Positions 1 through 8,458 are shown, counted from the first letter of the stretch. The stretch is 64,000 bases of DNA from Nitrospirota bacterium (GCA_016180645.1 JACPAV010000033.1:1-64000), one strand, 5' to 3'. Notes: generated by a model from the letters alone, not told the origin. Numbers and translations: made by a program.

Positions 1-78
1 TTTGACGGCGAAGAGATAGATGAGACCCTGATTCAAACGACCGGGAGGAAGAAGAAAAAGGAGAAACGTATAGGTTGA
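1..78 (+). CDS. 3' end of an upstream gene (partial) with Lys-rich C-terminal tail
   Basis: Frame 1 reads FDGEEIDETLIQTTGRKKKKEKRIG-stop (TGA 76-78); resembles the C-terminus of the next gene. Confidence 0.5.
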   Translation, partial: FDGEEIDETLIQTTGRKKKKEKRIG

Positions 79-98
79 CAAGGCAGCCGCTTTCAGAG

Positions 99-223
99 AT
101 AGGGGAGGGCCTTCAGGCCCTCCCGAAAAGAGGGAGCAATTCGTAGGGGCGGATCTTTAGATCCGCCCGTATTGGGAGCATCTGAAGATGCTCCCCTACG
201 AATCGGCATTCTGTTAGAGGCTC
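99..223 (+). mobile_element. REP-containing MITE-like element, copy 1 (left end not recognisable)
   Basis: Three 10-bp-stem hairpins (103-124, GTAG-led 143-168, 174-199 ending CTAC), then family right end GAATCGGCATTCTGTTAGAGGCTC followed by TTA. Confidence 0.8.
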
Positions 224-319
224 TTAGGCTGTCCCGATGACGCTACACTATTTCAATACGAGTGGGCCACACGCATCCACGCAATGAGGTTACGCCACAT
301 CAACAAATAGTCATAAATA

Positions 320-361
320 TATCAATAACTTATATGATCCATCGAAGGCATGGATGTTGCT
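320..361 (+). promoter_or_regulatory. IHF site plus sigma54 (-24/-12) promoter
   Basis: TATCAATAACTTA (320-332) fits IHF consensus WATCAANNNNTTR; AGGCATGGATGTTGCT (346-361) has GG-N10-GC. Confidence 0.6.
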
Positions 362-376
362 ATGTATTATCTCGGA

Positions 377-1231
377 ATGAAAACAGGATCGATAGCAGCA
401 ACGATTGGTTGGATGGTTATGTCCTCAATTGTGGCTTCCTGCGGCGTTGACCCCATTGCCTCCTCCAACGAGCACTTGGCCCTTCTCGATCCACAGGCTA
501 CGCTCCAAGCGGATTCCGTTGACTCGGAATTGGCAATCGGCAAAGCAATTTATCGTGCGTCTTCCCGAGTGGGCGCCTACGAAGGTTTCGAATCCTTTGC
601 CGATGGGTTTTCATTTCCACCGGGGTACTCCAGCAACGGCTTGGCGTATTATGCAAACGCAACCGCGAATAGGGTGACCGCACAGAATCCCATCGCCGGA
701 ACCCGGAGCCTCCAGTTCAGCTCCATCCTTAACGAAGGGTTGTTCATCTTGGTGGAAAACACGCAGGATTTCGGCACGGTCACCGGCGGCTACGTCCGTT
801 ACGCATTCGCCGTGGACAGCGGAGTGACTCAAGTGGACCTCGGCGGGTACAACTTATCCCTCATCGTGAATACCACCGGTCAAGTGGTGCCTTGGAGCTC
901 CGTCTTGGGCGTGGAAGTACCGGCCCACTCCCTGATACTTAGGGATGGAAATCTGGACGTCCTGCTCAGCGAACCCTATGTGACCGGTTCCATCGTTTCG
1001 GTCGAGGCGGTGCCCGTCCTTGCCGATGGATCGGGTGGAACGCTCACGGTCAACGGCAACGTTCTCCAAGGCCTGGGGTCGAATCCATACCAGATCGGAA
1101 CCTTCTCTACTGTCCCCGTCTCCGGATTCACCGGGACAACACTGCGCATTGATGAGATTGAAGTTCTGATCCAAGCTGACACCATCAAGCAGAAGAAAGA
1201 CAAGAAAGACAAGAAGGACAAGAAAAAGTAG
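377..1231 (+). CDS. Putative lipoprotein, beta-rich, with KKD-repeat tail
   Basis: ATG 377 gives MKTGSIAATIGWMVMSSIVAS-C (lipobox-like); 9-bp tandem repeat at 1193-1228 encodes KKDKKDKKDKKK. Confidence 0.75.
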   Translation: MKTGSIAATIGWMVMSSIVASCGVDPIASSNEHLALLDPQATLQADSVDSELAIGKAIYRASSRVGAYEGFESFADGFSFPPGYSSNGLAYYANATANRVTAQNPIAGTRSLQFSSILNEGLFILVENTQDFGTVTGGYVRYAFAVDSGVTQVDLGGYNLSLIVNTTGQVVPWSSVLGVEVPAHSLILRDGNLDVLLSEPYVTGSIVSVEAVPVLADGSGGTLTVNGNVLQGLGSNPYQIGTFSTVPVSGFTGTTLRIDEIEVLIQADTIKQKKDKKDKKDKKK

Positions 1232-1507
1232 GCCGTCCTTCGGGCCCGTCCTCCCCCTCCCCGGTCTCTCGGCTTTGGTTTGTCCTTGGTTGTCCATTCT
1301 GATACTCTTTGGGCTGGAGGATGGGTTGAAGGAATTCCGCAAACCTTCTGTTCATGTGTTTTCAGACCGAGTGTTGAAGAATCACCGAACTGTGGGGAAA
1401 ACTGACAAGGGGCGCGCCGCGGCGGCAGATGGTTTGAAAACGCCTCCGATTCGGGTTCCTTCCTCGGCTCCTAGTGGCGCGCTTCTTGCGCCAGCCTTCG
1501 GATCGGC

Positions 1508-4500
1508 ATGAAAAGCTTCGGCGCCTTTGGTCGCACCGCACTCTTGTGTCTCCTTTTCGCGCCCTTCTCCTTTCGGGAAGTTTTGGCGGCGAGCGAGGGG
1601 ATGGCCGCATTTGCAAGCGGAACGAGCACTACCCCCAACCACCGTACGTGGAACTCAACATTCAATAATGACTTGGATGCGGCCACGGCCACGGCCAACG
1701 CCGCGGCGGGGACCATCGAATACTCCGTACTGCGCCGCTGCCCGGTGCGTCGCGAATACATCCTGGGCACGCTCGATTCGGCCGGCACGATCACGATTCA
1801 AACCACTTCTGACGACGGAGCAACTTGGACGGCCCGGGGGTCCTGCTCCACCTGCCAAGGCACGACCAACGACGCCTTCGGCGGGCTCGACATCGCCTAC
1901 GAGCAGTCCTCCGGTGAAGCCCTTATCGTTTTCGAAAATGCTACCGGCAACAACAAGCTCATCCGGTATGACCGGTGGGACGGCACCACGTACACGTCGG
2001 CTTCCACCCTCACCATAACGGGCGGGAACACTACCACGCGCTGGGTTCGCCTCAAGTCCCTTGCGGGAAGTGATCGCATTGCTCTTGCGGTCGCCGGCGC
2101 GAACAGCACCTTGAATGTCTCCGTGTGGAACGGCTCGACATGGGAGAGCACCTCGACCAGCCTGACGGCTTCTCTGGCCGCCGTGACGGTTAGGGCGTTC
2201 GATATCGAGTTCGAACAGTCTACGGGGGACATCTTGGTGGTGTACGGCTCGGGTACCACGCTGAGCCACCACACTTGCCCCGCTCCAGCCGCCTGCACTT
2301 GGAGCGGCGCCACCTCAAACAGCCCCTTCAACCCGGGCGTGGCCGTCAACTGGGTGGAAATGGCCGCCGATCCGGCCACGGACGATATCGCCCTGATCGC
2401 GCATATGAACGGAACCGGCTGCACAACCGCAACCTGCCGGGCTCAACATGACCTTTGGACCGGCGCCGGTTGGGTAGGGGGAACGACGGCCGACACTTCC
2501 GTCAACGTCACGTCCGCCAGCAGCCCCAATATCCCGGTCGCCGTGGCCTGGGAGAAAAGCAGCAGCACCGCCCTTTTCGCCTTCGTAGATGGAAGCTCGA
2601 CCACTGCGGTGGACTACGTTACGGCCGCCGGCTGCTCGGGCGGTTGCACATGGACCCCCGCGACCGGCACAAACCTCACCAACGCCTCAACCACCACCCA
2701 AACCTGGCCGGGAGCAATACCAACGGTCCAGCTCGTCGGCAGCCCCAACGAGAATCAGATCTACCTCCTGGCGGAGAGCGTGGATACGGCCGCACCGGCC
2801 GACTATGAGCTCCAAGCCCTCCTCTGGAGCGGCGGGGCCTTTTCCCAAACCGCCACGCAAAGCCAAGTCTCCATCGACGTTGACTCCAACGCTTTCGCGC
2901 CGTTCAGTTTCGCGTGGTCCTATCCCTTCTTTCAGCAGGCCAACTACCAGTGGTTTCTGAACCAGAGCACCCCGGTGCTGAATCCGGCCGACCCGGGGGA
3001 TCAGTTGGCCACGGACAATAACGTGGCTACGGGCGTCTACACAACGAGAGAAGTGAGGCTCCGCGTCAACTTCACCGCCCGAGGGGGGACGCTGGCATCG
3101 GGGAAAATCCTGCGGCTCCAGTACAGCAGCGATGCGACGAGTTGCACCACCGGCACATGGACCGACATCGGGAGCACCGAGACAACCAACATGATCTGGC
3201 GCGTGATCGGTTCCGGCGGTGTCCTGACGGATGAAACCTCGGTTACGGCCCAACGGGTGGACGGTTCAACCCTGAATGGGCTGTACACCGAGTCGGGAGA
3301 CAGCACGACCGCCGCGTCCTACTCCCTGGGGGACACCCCGGAATGGGACTGGAGCTTCACCAACTTCCAGGCTCCTCCGAATACGGGATATCGATTCCGA
3401 ATGCTCGAAGTGGTCGGCGGAACCCCCACGGTTACCGGGTCCTATTCGTCGAACTGCCCGCAGCTTTCGACCACGGATCCGGACGGATTGGTGGCGTACG
3501 CAACGACCTCGGGCGCCAACGAACCCAAGTATAAGAACTGGACGGGCACCCAGTTCGATGCGTCGGAGTCCGATGCCGGGACGCAGACGAGCACCATCCG
3601 ATATGTGGTGCAGAAAACAGCCAAGGTGGCGAGCAACCTCAAACTCATGGGAACGCTCGACAGCACCGGCGCCATCACCTTCCGCTATTGGAACGGCGCC
3701 TCCTGGGCCGCCCCCGGCGGGAGCTGTACGTGCAGCACCTCGGCTGCGAACAGCGCCTATCGCGGGTTCGATATCGCCTTCGAGTCCAAATCAGGCGAAG
3801 GGCTCATCGTCTGCGATGACGGGACGGCCAACGACAGTGTCAACTACTGCACCACCACCGCAGGCGGGGCGACTCTCTCGAACGCCGGCTCGCTGACCGT
3901 TTCCACCGGCTCGGCCAACGCCAACTGGATCAGGCTCGAGGCCAGCCCGGCGGCCGACTACATCGTGATGGGCGTGTTGAACTCCAATACCACCGCCACG
4001 GGCGCGGTCTGGAACGGGAGCAGTTGGGTGACCAACACCACCTTTTCGGACACGACCAGTTCAGCTACCAACGAGGCCTTCGACGTGGCATGGCACCGTG
4101 TCACCAGCCGAGCCATGATCGCATACGGCACCGGCACTTCTACCAACTACTCCATCTGGCAGTCCGGAACATGGGGAACGCCGGCGGCGGCAGGTAACCC
4201 GGGAGCTGCCGTGAGTTGGCTTCAACTCGATGCGTCCCACGTGAGCGATTACATCCTGGAAGTCACGGTGGACGGCGGCTCGGACGTCGAAACGTTTGCC
4301 TGGAGCGGGAGCGCTTGGAGTACGCCCGGGAGTTGCGCCGATGCAGCCGCCAGCCTGCTCGCCAATCGGTCGATCGATGTGAAATGGGAAACCGTCAGCA
4401 GCGACGCCCTGATTGCCTATGTGGATGCGGCGGGCGGCGGAGGAAACGACAAAGTCACCTACTGGACCTACACGGAGGGTGGGAGTTGCGCGGCGGCGGC

Positions 4501-7500
4501 CACAATCGGAACATTCACGGACGTGCAGACGGTGCAACTCCGGAACTCGCCCGACGGCGACGAGATCATGCTCCTCGCGTTGGACAGCACGAGCGCCATC
4601 AAGGGCTTCATCTGGAGCGGCAGCGCGTTCTCCACGCCTACCGGCAGCGCTCTAACGGCGGCGGCCTCGGCGGCCGCATACGAACCGTTCATGTACGCCT
4701 GGAATGCCGGAGCGCCCACTCTCGTCGAACTCGTCTCCTTCGGGGGGTACAGCAGGAGCCGTGGGCTTCAGCCCGCGTCCGACGGTCCGGTAGGCGCAGG
4801 CTTTATGCCTGCGTCCGAAGACGCACCCGTAAAGGGTGCGGCTACCAGCGCTGGGGGATACGAAGTGGTCTTGGAATGGGAAACGGCGGCGGAACGCTCC
4901 AATGCAGGTTTCTACCTGCATCGGAGCGAGACGCGAGACGCGGGACGCAAGACGCAGGTCAATCAGAAGATGATCCAGGGCCTTGGAACAAGCGCCCGCG
5001 GCAAGAAATACGTCTTCGTCGACGACCTCTCCGATCTCATCACTCATCACTCATCACCCATCACGATTCAGTACTGGCTCGAAGACGTCGAATTCAACGG
5101 CACCCGCACGATGCACGGCCCGGTGGAAGTCCACGTCGGCCTCGATTCGGACGGCGATGGGATGCCGGATGATTGGGAACGCGCGTACGGATGCGCCTCC
5201 GCACTCGGTCGGTCTGCGATTCGTAGGGGCGGATCTTCAGATCCGCCCTCTTGGGGAGACCGTAGGGGAGCATCTTTAGATGCTCCTTCTCTGGGAGGGT
5301 CTAAAGACCCTCCCCTACAATGCCTCGATCCCCTCGTCGCAGACGCCGACGGCGACGCCGACGGAGATGGGATCAGCAACCTCCTCGAGTACCTCAACGG
5401 CACCTCGCCCACCGCCATCGAAAGCGGGGTGTGGATCACGGACCTTTCCGCGTTCAAATCTAGGGGTCAGGGGTCAGGGGCCAGGGGCCAGGAACTAGGA
5501 ACCAGGAACCAGGAACCACCCGCTCACCCTGAGCCCGTCGAAGGGTGGCGGGTGACCAAAGAAGACTCCACCGGTATCGAGATGGAATGCACCGGAGAGG
5601 GTTGCTCCACTCCGGCCCGCCTCGCCGTCCCGCCGGGCGCCAAACTCCACGATTCTCCTGGTGTCGACGCGATTGCCGAAGGCATCTTCCGGGATCAAAC
5701 CATTCTGCGAATAGCTTCAGCGGACAAGGAGGTAACCGGCATTCTCCGTGCGCGTCTGGAATTCGCAGGTCCCCACGTTCCGGTAGCCGCAGGCTTCAGC
5801 CTGCGTCCCGAGCGCACCCTGAAGGGCGCGGCTACCCCGGATCTCACAAGTCTCCTTGATTCCGTCGTCCTGAACAAGTTCCGTTGGGCGTTTGTCAGTA
5901 GGGGAGCATCTTTAGATGCTCCCTTCAACGCGGGCGGATCTAAAGATCCGCCCCTACAAGGCGGAGAGTGGCGATCTCCCTCGCGCTCGACCGGAACATC
6001 GCTGAAAGTTTCCGTGACCGAAACCGGCGTCTACAAAATCACCCGCGACGACATCGCCGACGCCGGCCTCGATCCGAATCTCTTCGATCCGGAAAAGGCG
6101 CAGGTGTGGGTTCCTGGTTCCTTGTTCCTAGTTCCTGGTGGAGAACGATTACAGCCCGTGAATGTTCAAGCGGACGGTGGGGCATTGTATTTCCTTGGGG
6201 AGCCCGCCGACTCGAAATACACCCGCACGAATGCGTATTGGCTTCTCTTGGATCCGTCGAACGTCGAACGTCGAACGTCGAACGAAATCCTGGATTTGAC
6301 TCAACCGGGACCGGCCGACGAACCGTTCCAAGACGCGCTTCGGCTTGATCCCTCTGCTTGCGTCCTGCGTCCTGCGCCCTCCAGGATGGAGCAAGTGCCG
6401 CGAGAGGGCAGGAGCCCGGAGCGGCCGTCCTGCGCCCTCCTTTATTGGCAAGAAATGCCCGGCCCCTCAGACGCGGAACGGTTCTTCTTCGCCCCCGTCC
6501 TCAAGGACGGCGATTCACACGACTACGAGTTCGAGCTGCCTGAACTCGCGAGCAACGAGCAACGAGCAACGAGCAACCTCCAAGTAGGGCTTACCCTTCT
6601 CGGACTGGCCGAATCGAACGTGGCCCAGAGCCACAAAGTCGAAGTCTCGCTGAACGGTCTGACTCTTGGCGAAATGACATGGACCGGCCGGGATCTCTTC
6701 CACTCCTCACTTCGCACTTCGCACTCCGCACTTCGCACCGGACAAAATACAATGACCCTCAAGGTGCTGCTTGCGGAGGGCGCCCAGTTCGATCAAGTTC
6801 TGCTCAAAGGTGCGACGATTCCATACTATCGACCTTCGCGCCTCGCGCTCCCGGTCGTGAACCCATCACTCATCACCCATTACGCATCACGCGGCCTCTT
6901 GGATGCCACCAATCGGGCCGACTACATCATGATTCTGCCGGAGGCAGGGGTCGGCAAATCTGTAGGGGCGGGTCTTCAGACCCGCCCGGAGGGAGCATCT
7001 GAAGATGCTCCCCTACAAGAAGCCCTTCGGCCGCTGGTCGAATACCACGAATCCCACGGGCTCACCGTCAAAGTCGTTTCGCTGGATCAGATCTATGATG
7101 AATTCGGGGCCGGTCTCGCCACGCCGCACGCCATCAAGAATTTCCTCCATTTCGCATTTCACAATTGGCAATCTCCGAAACCCTCCTACGTCCTCCTCGT
7201 CGGCGATGCCTCATACGACTACAAGGGGTATGAGGATGGGGAACAAGTTCCTGGTCCCTCGTTCCTCGTTCCTAGCTATCTTCTCTATACCCCCTTGGGG
7301 GGTGAGGTGCCTTCAGACGCTTGGTTTGTTTCTTTCGATGGAGGGGCGCCCTTCGACAAGCTCAGGGTGAGCGGAGAACAAACCGCTCGTGGTGAGCTTG
7401 TCGAACCACGGGGCAACGAGATCGATCTCTTTCCCGATATGGCAATCGGGAGATTGCCGGCGAGGACTCCCGACGAACTCTCAGCAATGGTGGACAAGAT

Positions 7501-8458
7501 CCTTCACTACGCGGACGACGATCCGGAATCGAATTGGCGCCGGAACGTGCTGCTGGTGGCGGACAACTTTCAATCCGATTTCGAAGGGGTTTCGGAAAGC
7601 CTCTTCGACCTTGCGCCGCCCAGTCTGCTCCTCACCCGAGGCTACCTCTCGCTCCTTCCCTCCGCGAGCGATCTGTCCGGCGCGATCGTCAAGGAGATCA
7701 ATTCGGGCGCCTCCCTCATCAACTACCTGGGCCACGGCTCCGCCGAGTTCTGGGCCGCCGAGAAAGTCTTCGGCTCCGCGCAACTCCCTGCGCTGGAAAA
7801 CCTGGGCCGATATCCTTTCATTTCCACGTTGACCTGTATCAACGGTTACTTTGTCTTCCCGCCGGAGCAGGAGTTTGAGGCCATGGCCGAAGAGTTCGTT
7901 CGGGCCCCCGGCAAAGGTGCGGTGGCATTTTTCGCTCCCAGTGGAATGTCCAGCCCCGCCGTTCACGGCGCGCTCAACCGCGCGCTCTACAAGGCGATCA
8001 CGCAGGACCGAGTCAATCCGATCGGCGCGGCGATTCAGAAAGCCTATCTCGATGTGGCTTCGCAGGTCAGCGCAGGTCGATGGGAATACGTCCCCCAGAT
8101 GTTCGTCCTCTTCGGCGACCCCGCGATGGACTTGGTGCTTCCGACCTCCGATGCCCCCGCGACTCACGACGCACAACGGACGACTGACGATTCCGGTTGC
8201 GGCTGCGCCCACATCGGCGCGCCGGCGGGATGGGCGGGAGGGCTGACGGGGTTCTTTGGACTTCTGGGCCTCTACGCGGTAACGCGGATTCTTCGTCGCC
8301 GGCGCCGAAGGTCTTGGCCTAAGTGCAAGTTCATGCGTATGTGCGGATTCGCAAACGGTGGCGCGGACCCTGAAGGGCCCGCTACAGAGCTCAAATCGTG
8401 TAGCCGAGCCTTCAGGCTCGGCAAGTCAACCCGCACAATGCGTTGTGCGGGTACGTAG
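1508..8458 (+). CDS. Giant secreted protein: duplicated N-terminal beta domain, FN3-like domain, DxDGDG Ca-binding repeat, peptidase C25 (gingipain-like) domain, MYXO-CTERM-like anchor
   Basis: Signal peptide; PTLVELVSF..VLEWET..GFYLHRS; DSDGDGMPDDWE..DADGDGISNLLEY; ADYIMI, YVLLVGDAS, AIGRLP, NYLGHG (His 7733), LTCING (Cys 7835), LFGDPA; GCGC-TM-RRRRRR. Confidence 0.9.
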   Translation: MKSFGAFGRTALLCLLFAPFSFREVLAASEGMAAFASGTSTTPNHRTWNSTFNNDLDAATATANAAAGTIEYSVLRRCPVRREYILGTLDSAGTITIQTTSDDGATWTARGSCSTCQGTTNDAFGGLDIAYEQSSGEALIVFENATGNNKLIRYDRWDGTTYTSASTLTITGGNTTTRWVRLKSLAGSDRIALAVAGANSTLNVSVWNGSTWESTSTSLTASLAAVTVRAFDIEFEQSTGDILVVYGSGTTLSHHTCPAPAACTWSGATSNSPFNPGVAVNWVEMAADPATDDIALIAHMNGTGCTTATCRAQHDLWTGAGWVGGTTADTSVNVTSASSPNIPVAVAWEKSSSTALFAFVDGSSTTAVDYVTAAGCSGGCTWTPATGTNLTNASTTTQTWPGAIPTVQLVGSPNENQIYLLAESVDTAAPADYELQALLWSGGAFSQTATQSQVSIDVDSNAFAPFSFAWSYPFFQQANYQWFLNQSTPVLNPADPGDQLATDNNVATGVYTTREVRLRVNFTARGGTLASGKILRLQYSSDATSCTTGTWTDIGSTETTNMIWRVIGSGGVLTDETSVTAQRVDGSTLNGLYTESGDSTTAASYSLGDTPEWDWSFTNFQAPPNTGYRFRMLEVVGGTPTVTGSYSSNCPQLSTTDPDGLVAYATTSGANEPKYKNWTGTQFDASESDAGTQTSTIRYVVQKTAKVASNLKLMGTLDSTGAITFRYWNGASWAAPGGSCTCSTSAANSAYRGFDIAFESKSGEGLIVCDDGTANDSVNYCTTTAGGATLSNAGSLTVSTGSANANWIRLEASPAADYIVMGVLNSNTTATGAVWNGSSWVTNTTFSDTTSSATNEAFDVAWHRVTSRAMIAYGTGTSTNYSIWQSGTWGTPAAAGNPGAAVSWLQLDASHVSDYILEVTVDGGSDVETFAWSGSAWSTPGSCADAAASLLANRSIDVKWETVSSDALIAYVDAAGGGGNDKVTYWTYTEGGSCAAAATIGTFTDVQTVQLRNSPDGDEIMLLALDSTSAIKGFIWSGSAFSTPTGSALTAAASAAAYEPFMYAWNAGAPTLVELVSFGGYSRSRGLQPASDGPVGAGFMPASEDAPVKGAATSAGGYEVVLEWETAAERSNAGFYLHRSETRDAGRKTQVNQKMIQGLGTSARGKKYVFVDDLSDLITHHSSPITIQYWLEDVEFNGTRTMHGPVEVHVGLDSDGDGMPDDWERAYGCASALGRSAIRRGGSSDPPSWGDRRGASLDAPSLGGSKDPPLQCLDPLVADADGDADGDGISNLLEYLNGTSPTAIESGVWITDLSAFKSRGQGSGARGQELGTRNQEPPAHPEPVEGWRVTKEDSTGIEMECTGEGCSTPARLAVPPGAKLHDSPGVDAIAEGIFRDQTILRIASADKEVTGILRARLEFAGPHVPVAAGFSLRPERTLKGAATPDLTSLLDSVVLNKFRWAFVSRGASLDAPFNAGGSKDPPLQGGEWRSPSRSTGTSLKVSVTETGVYKITRDDIADAGLDPNLFDPEKAQVWVPGSLFLVPGGERLQPVNVQADGGALYFLGEPADSKYTRTNAYWLLLDPSNVERRTSNEILDLTQPGPADEPFQDALRLDPSACVLRPAPSRMEQVPREGRSPERPSCALLYWQEMPGPSDAERFFFAPVLKDGDSHDYEFELPELASNEQRATSNLQVGLTLLGLAESNVAQSHKVEVSLNGLTLGEMTWTGRDLFHSSLRTSHSALRTGQNTMTLKVLLAEGAQFDQVLLKGATIPYYRPSRLALPVVNPSLITHYASRGLLDATNRADYIMILPEAGVGKSVGAGLQTRPEGASEDAPLQEALRPLVEYHESHGLTVKVVSLDQIYDEFGAGLATPHAIKNFLHFAFHNWQSPKPSYVLLVGDASYDYKGYEDGEQVPGPSFLVPSYLLYTPLGGEVPSDAWFVSFDGGAPFDKLRVSGEQTARGELVEPRGNEIDLFPDMAIGRLPARTPDELSAMVDKILHYADDDPESNWRRNVLLVADNFQSDFEGVSESLFDLAPPSLLLTRGYLSLLPSASDLSGAIVKEINSGASLINYLGHGSAEFWAAEKVFGSAQLPALENLGRYPFISTLTCINGYFVFPPEQEFEAMAEEFVRAPGKGAVAFFAPSGMSSPAVHGALNRALYKAITQDRVNPIGAAIQKAYLDVASQVSAGRWEYVPQMFVLFGDPAMDLVLPTSDAPATHDAQRTTDDSGCGCAHIGAPAGWAGGLTGFFGLLGLYAVTRILRRRRRRSWPKCKFMRMCGFANGGADPEGPATELKSCSRAFRLGKSTRTMRCAGT
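4755..4845. repeat. In-frame cluster of three REP-like hairpins (GTAGS-CGCNNN family)
   Basis: GGAGCCGTGGGCTTCAGCCCGCG 4755-4777; GTAGGCGCAGGCTTTATGCCTGCG 4790-4813; CGCACCCGTAAAGGGTGCGGCTAC 4822-4845. Confidence 0.85.
4930..4957. repeat. Intragenic heptamer array x4 (GACGCRR)
   Basis: GACGCGA GACGCGG GACGCAA GACGCAG. Confidence 0.85.
5038..5065. repeat. Intragenic heptamer array x4 (CATCACN)
   Basis: CATCACT CATCACT CATCACC CATCACG. Confidence 0.9.
5192..5320. repeat. 129-nt in-frame insert carrying three REP hairpins
   Basis: GTAG 5223, GTAG 5262, CTAC 5315-5318; splits the YG/LDP of the DxDGDG repeat; ATGC at both junctions (5191-5194, 5320-5323). Confidence 0.9.
5462..5545. repeat. Intragenic heptamer array x8 followed by half of a TGAGCNNGTCGAA element
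   Basis: AGGGGTC x2, AGGGGCC x2, AGGAACT, AGGAACC x3 (5462-5517); CGCTCACCCTGAGCCCGTCGAAGGG (5521-5545). Confidence 0.9.
5783..5835. repeat. In-frame inverted REP doublet
   Basis: GTAGCCGCAGGCTTCAGCCTGCG ... CGCACCCTGAAGGGCGCGGCTAC. Confidence 0.9.
5898..5957. repeat. In-frame inverted REP doublet (60 nt)
   Basis: GTAGGGGAGCATCTTTAGATGCTCCC ... GGGCGGATCTAAAGATCCGCCCCTAC. Confidence 0.92.
6109..6136. repeat. Intragenic heptamer array x4 (NGTTCCT)
   Basis: GGTTCCT GGTTCCT TGTTCCT AGTTCCT; reverse complement of the AGGAACC units at 5490-5517. Confidence 0.88.
6255..6282. repeat. Intragenic perfect heptamer array x4 (CGTCGAA)
   Basis: CGTCGAA repeated four times exactly. Confidence 0.92.
6359..6379. 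repeat. Intragenic heptamer array x3 (TGCGYCC)
   Basis: TGCGTCC TGCGTCC TGCGCCC. Confidence 0.7.
6549..6576. repeat. Intragenic perfect heptamer array x4 (CGAGCAA)
   Basis: CGAGCAA repeated four times exactly. Confidence 0.92.
6701..6735. repeat. Intragenic heptamer array x5 (CACTYCG)
   Basis: CACTCCT CACTTCG CACTTCG CACTCCG CACTTCG. Confidence 0.9.
6864..6891. repeat. Intragenic heptamer array x4 (CATYACN)
   Basis: CATCACT CATCACC CATTACG CATCACG. Confidence 0.85.
6961..7017. repeat. In-frame inverted REP doublet inside the C25 domain (57 nt)
   Basis: TGTAGGGGCGGGTCTTCAGACCCGCCC GGA GGGAGCATCTGAAGATGCTCCCCTACA. Confidence 0.92.
7246..7273. repeat. Intragenic heptamer array x4 (NGTYCCT)
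   Basis: AGTTCCT GGTCCCT CGTTCCT CGTTCCT. Confidence 0.85.
7349..7407. repeat. In-frame TTCGACAAGCTCA/TGAGCTTGTCGAA inverted-repeat element
   Basis: CCCTTCGACAAGCTCAGGGTGAGCGG ... CCGCTCGTGGTGAGCTTGTCGAACC; related copies at 5521 and 8484. Confidence 0.88.
8160..8187. repeat. Degenerate intragenic heptamer array x4
   Basis: CGACTCA CGACGCA CAACGGA CGACTGA. Confidence 0.6.
8364..8422. repeat. REP-like pair in the C-terminal tail of the giant ORF
   Basis: CGGACCCTGAAGGGCCCGCTAC 8364-8385; GTAGCCGAGCCTTCAGGCTCGGC 8400-8422. Confidence 0.8.

Noticed and set aside
4755-8422. Clustered palindromes as a CRISPR array
   Set aside because: Units differ in sequence, spacing is irregular, they lie in an open frame and no cas genes are present
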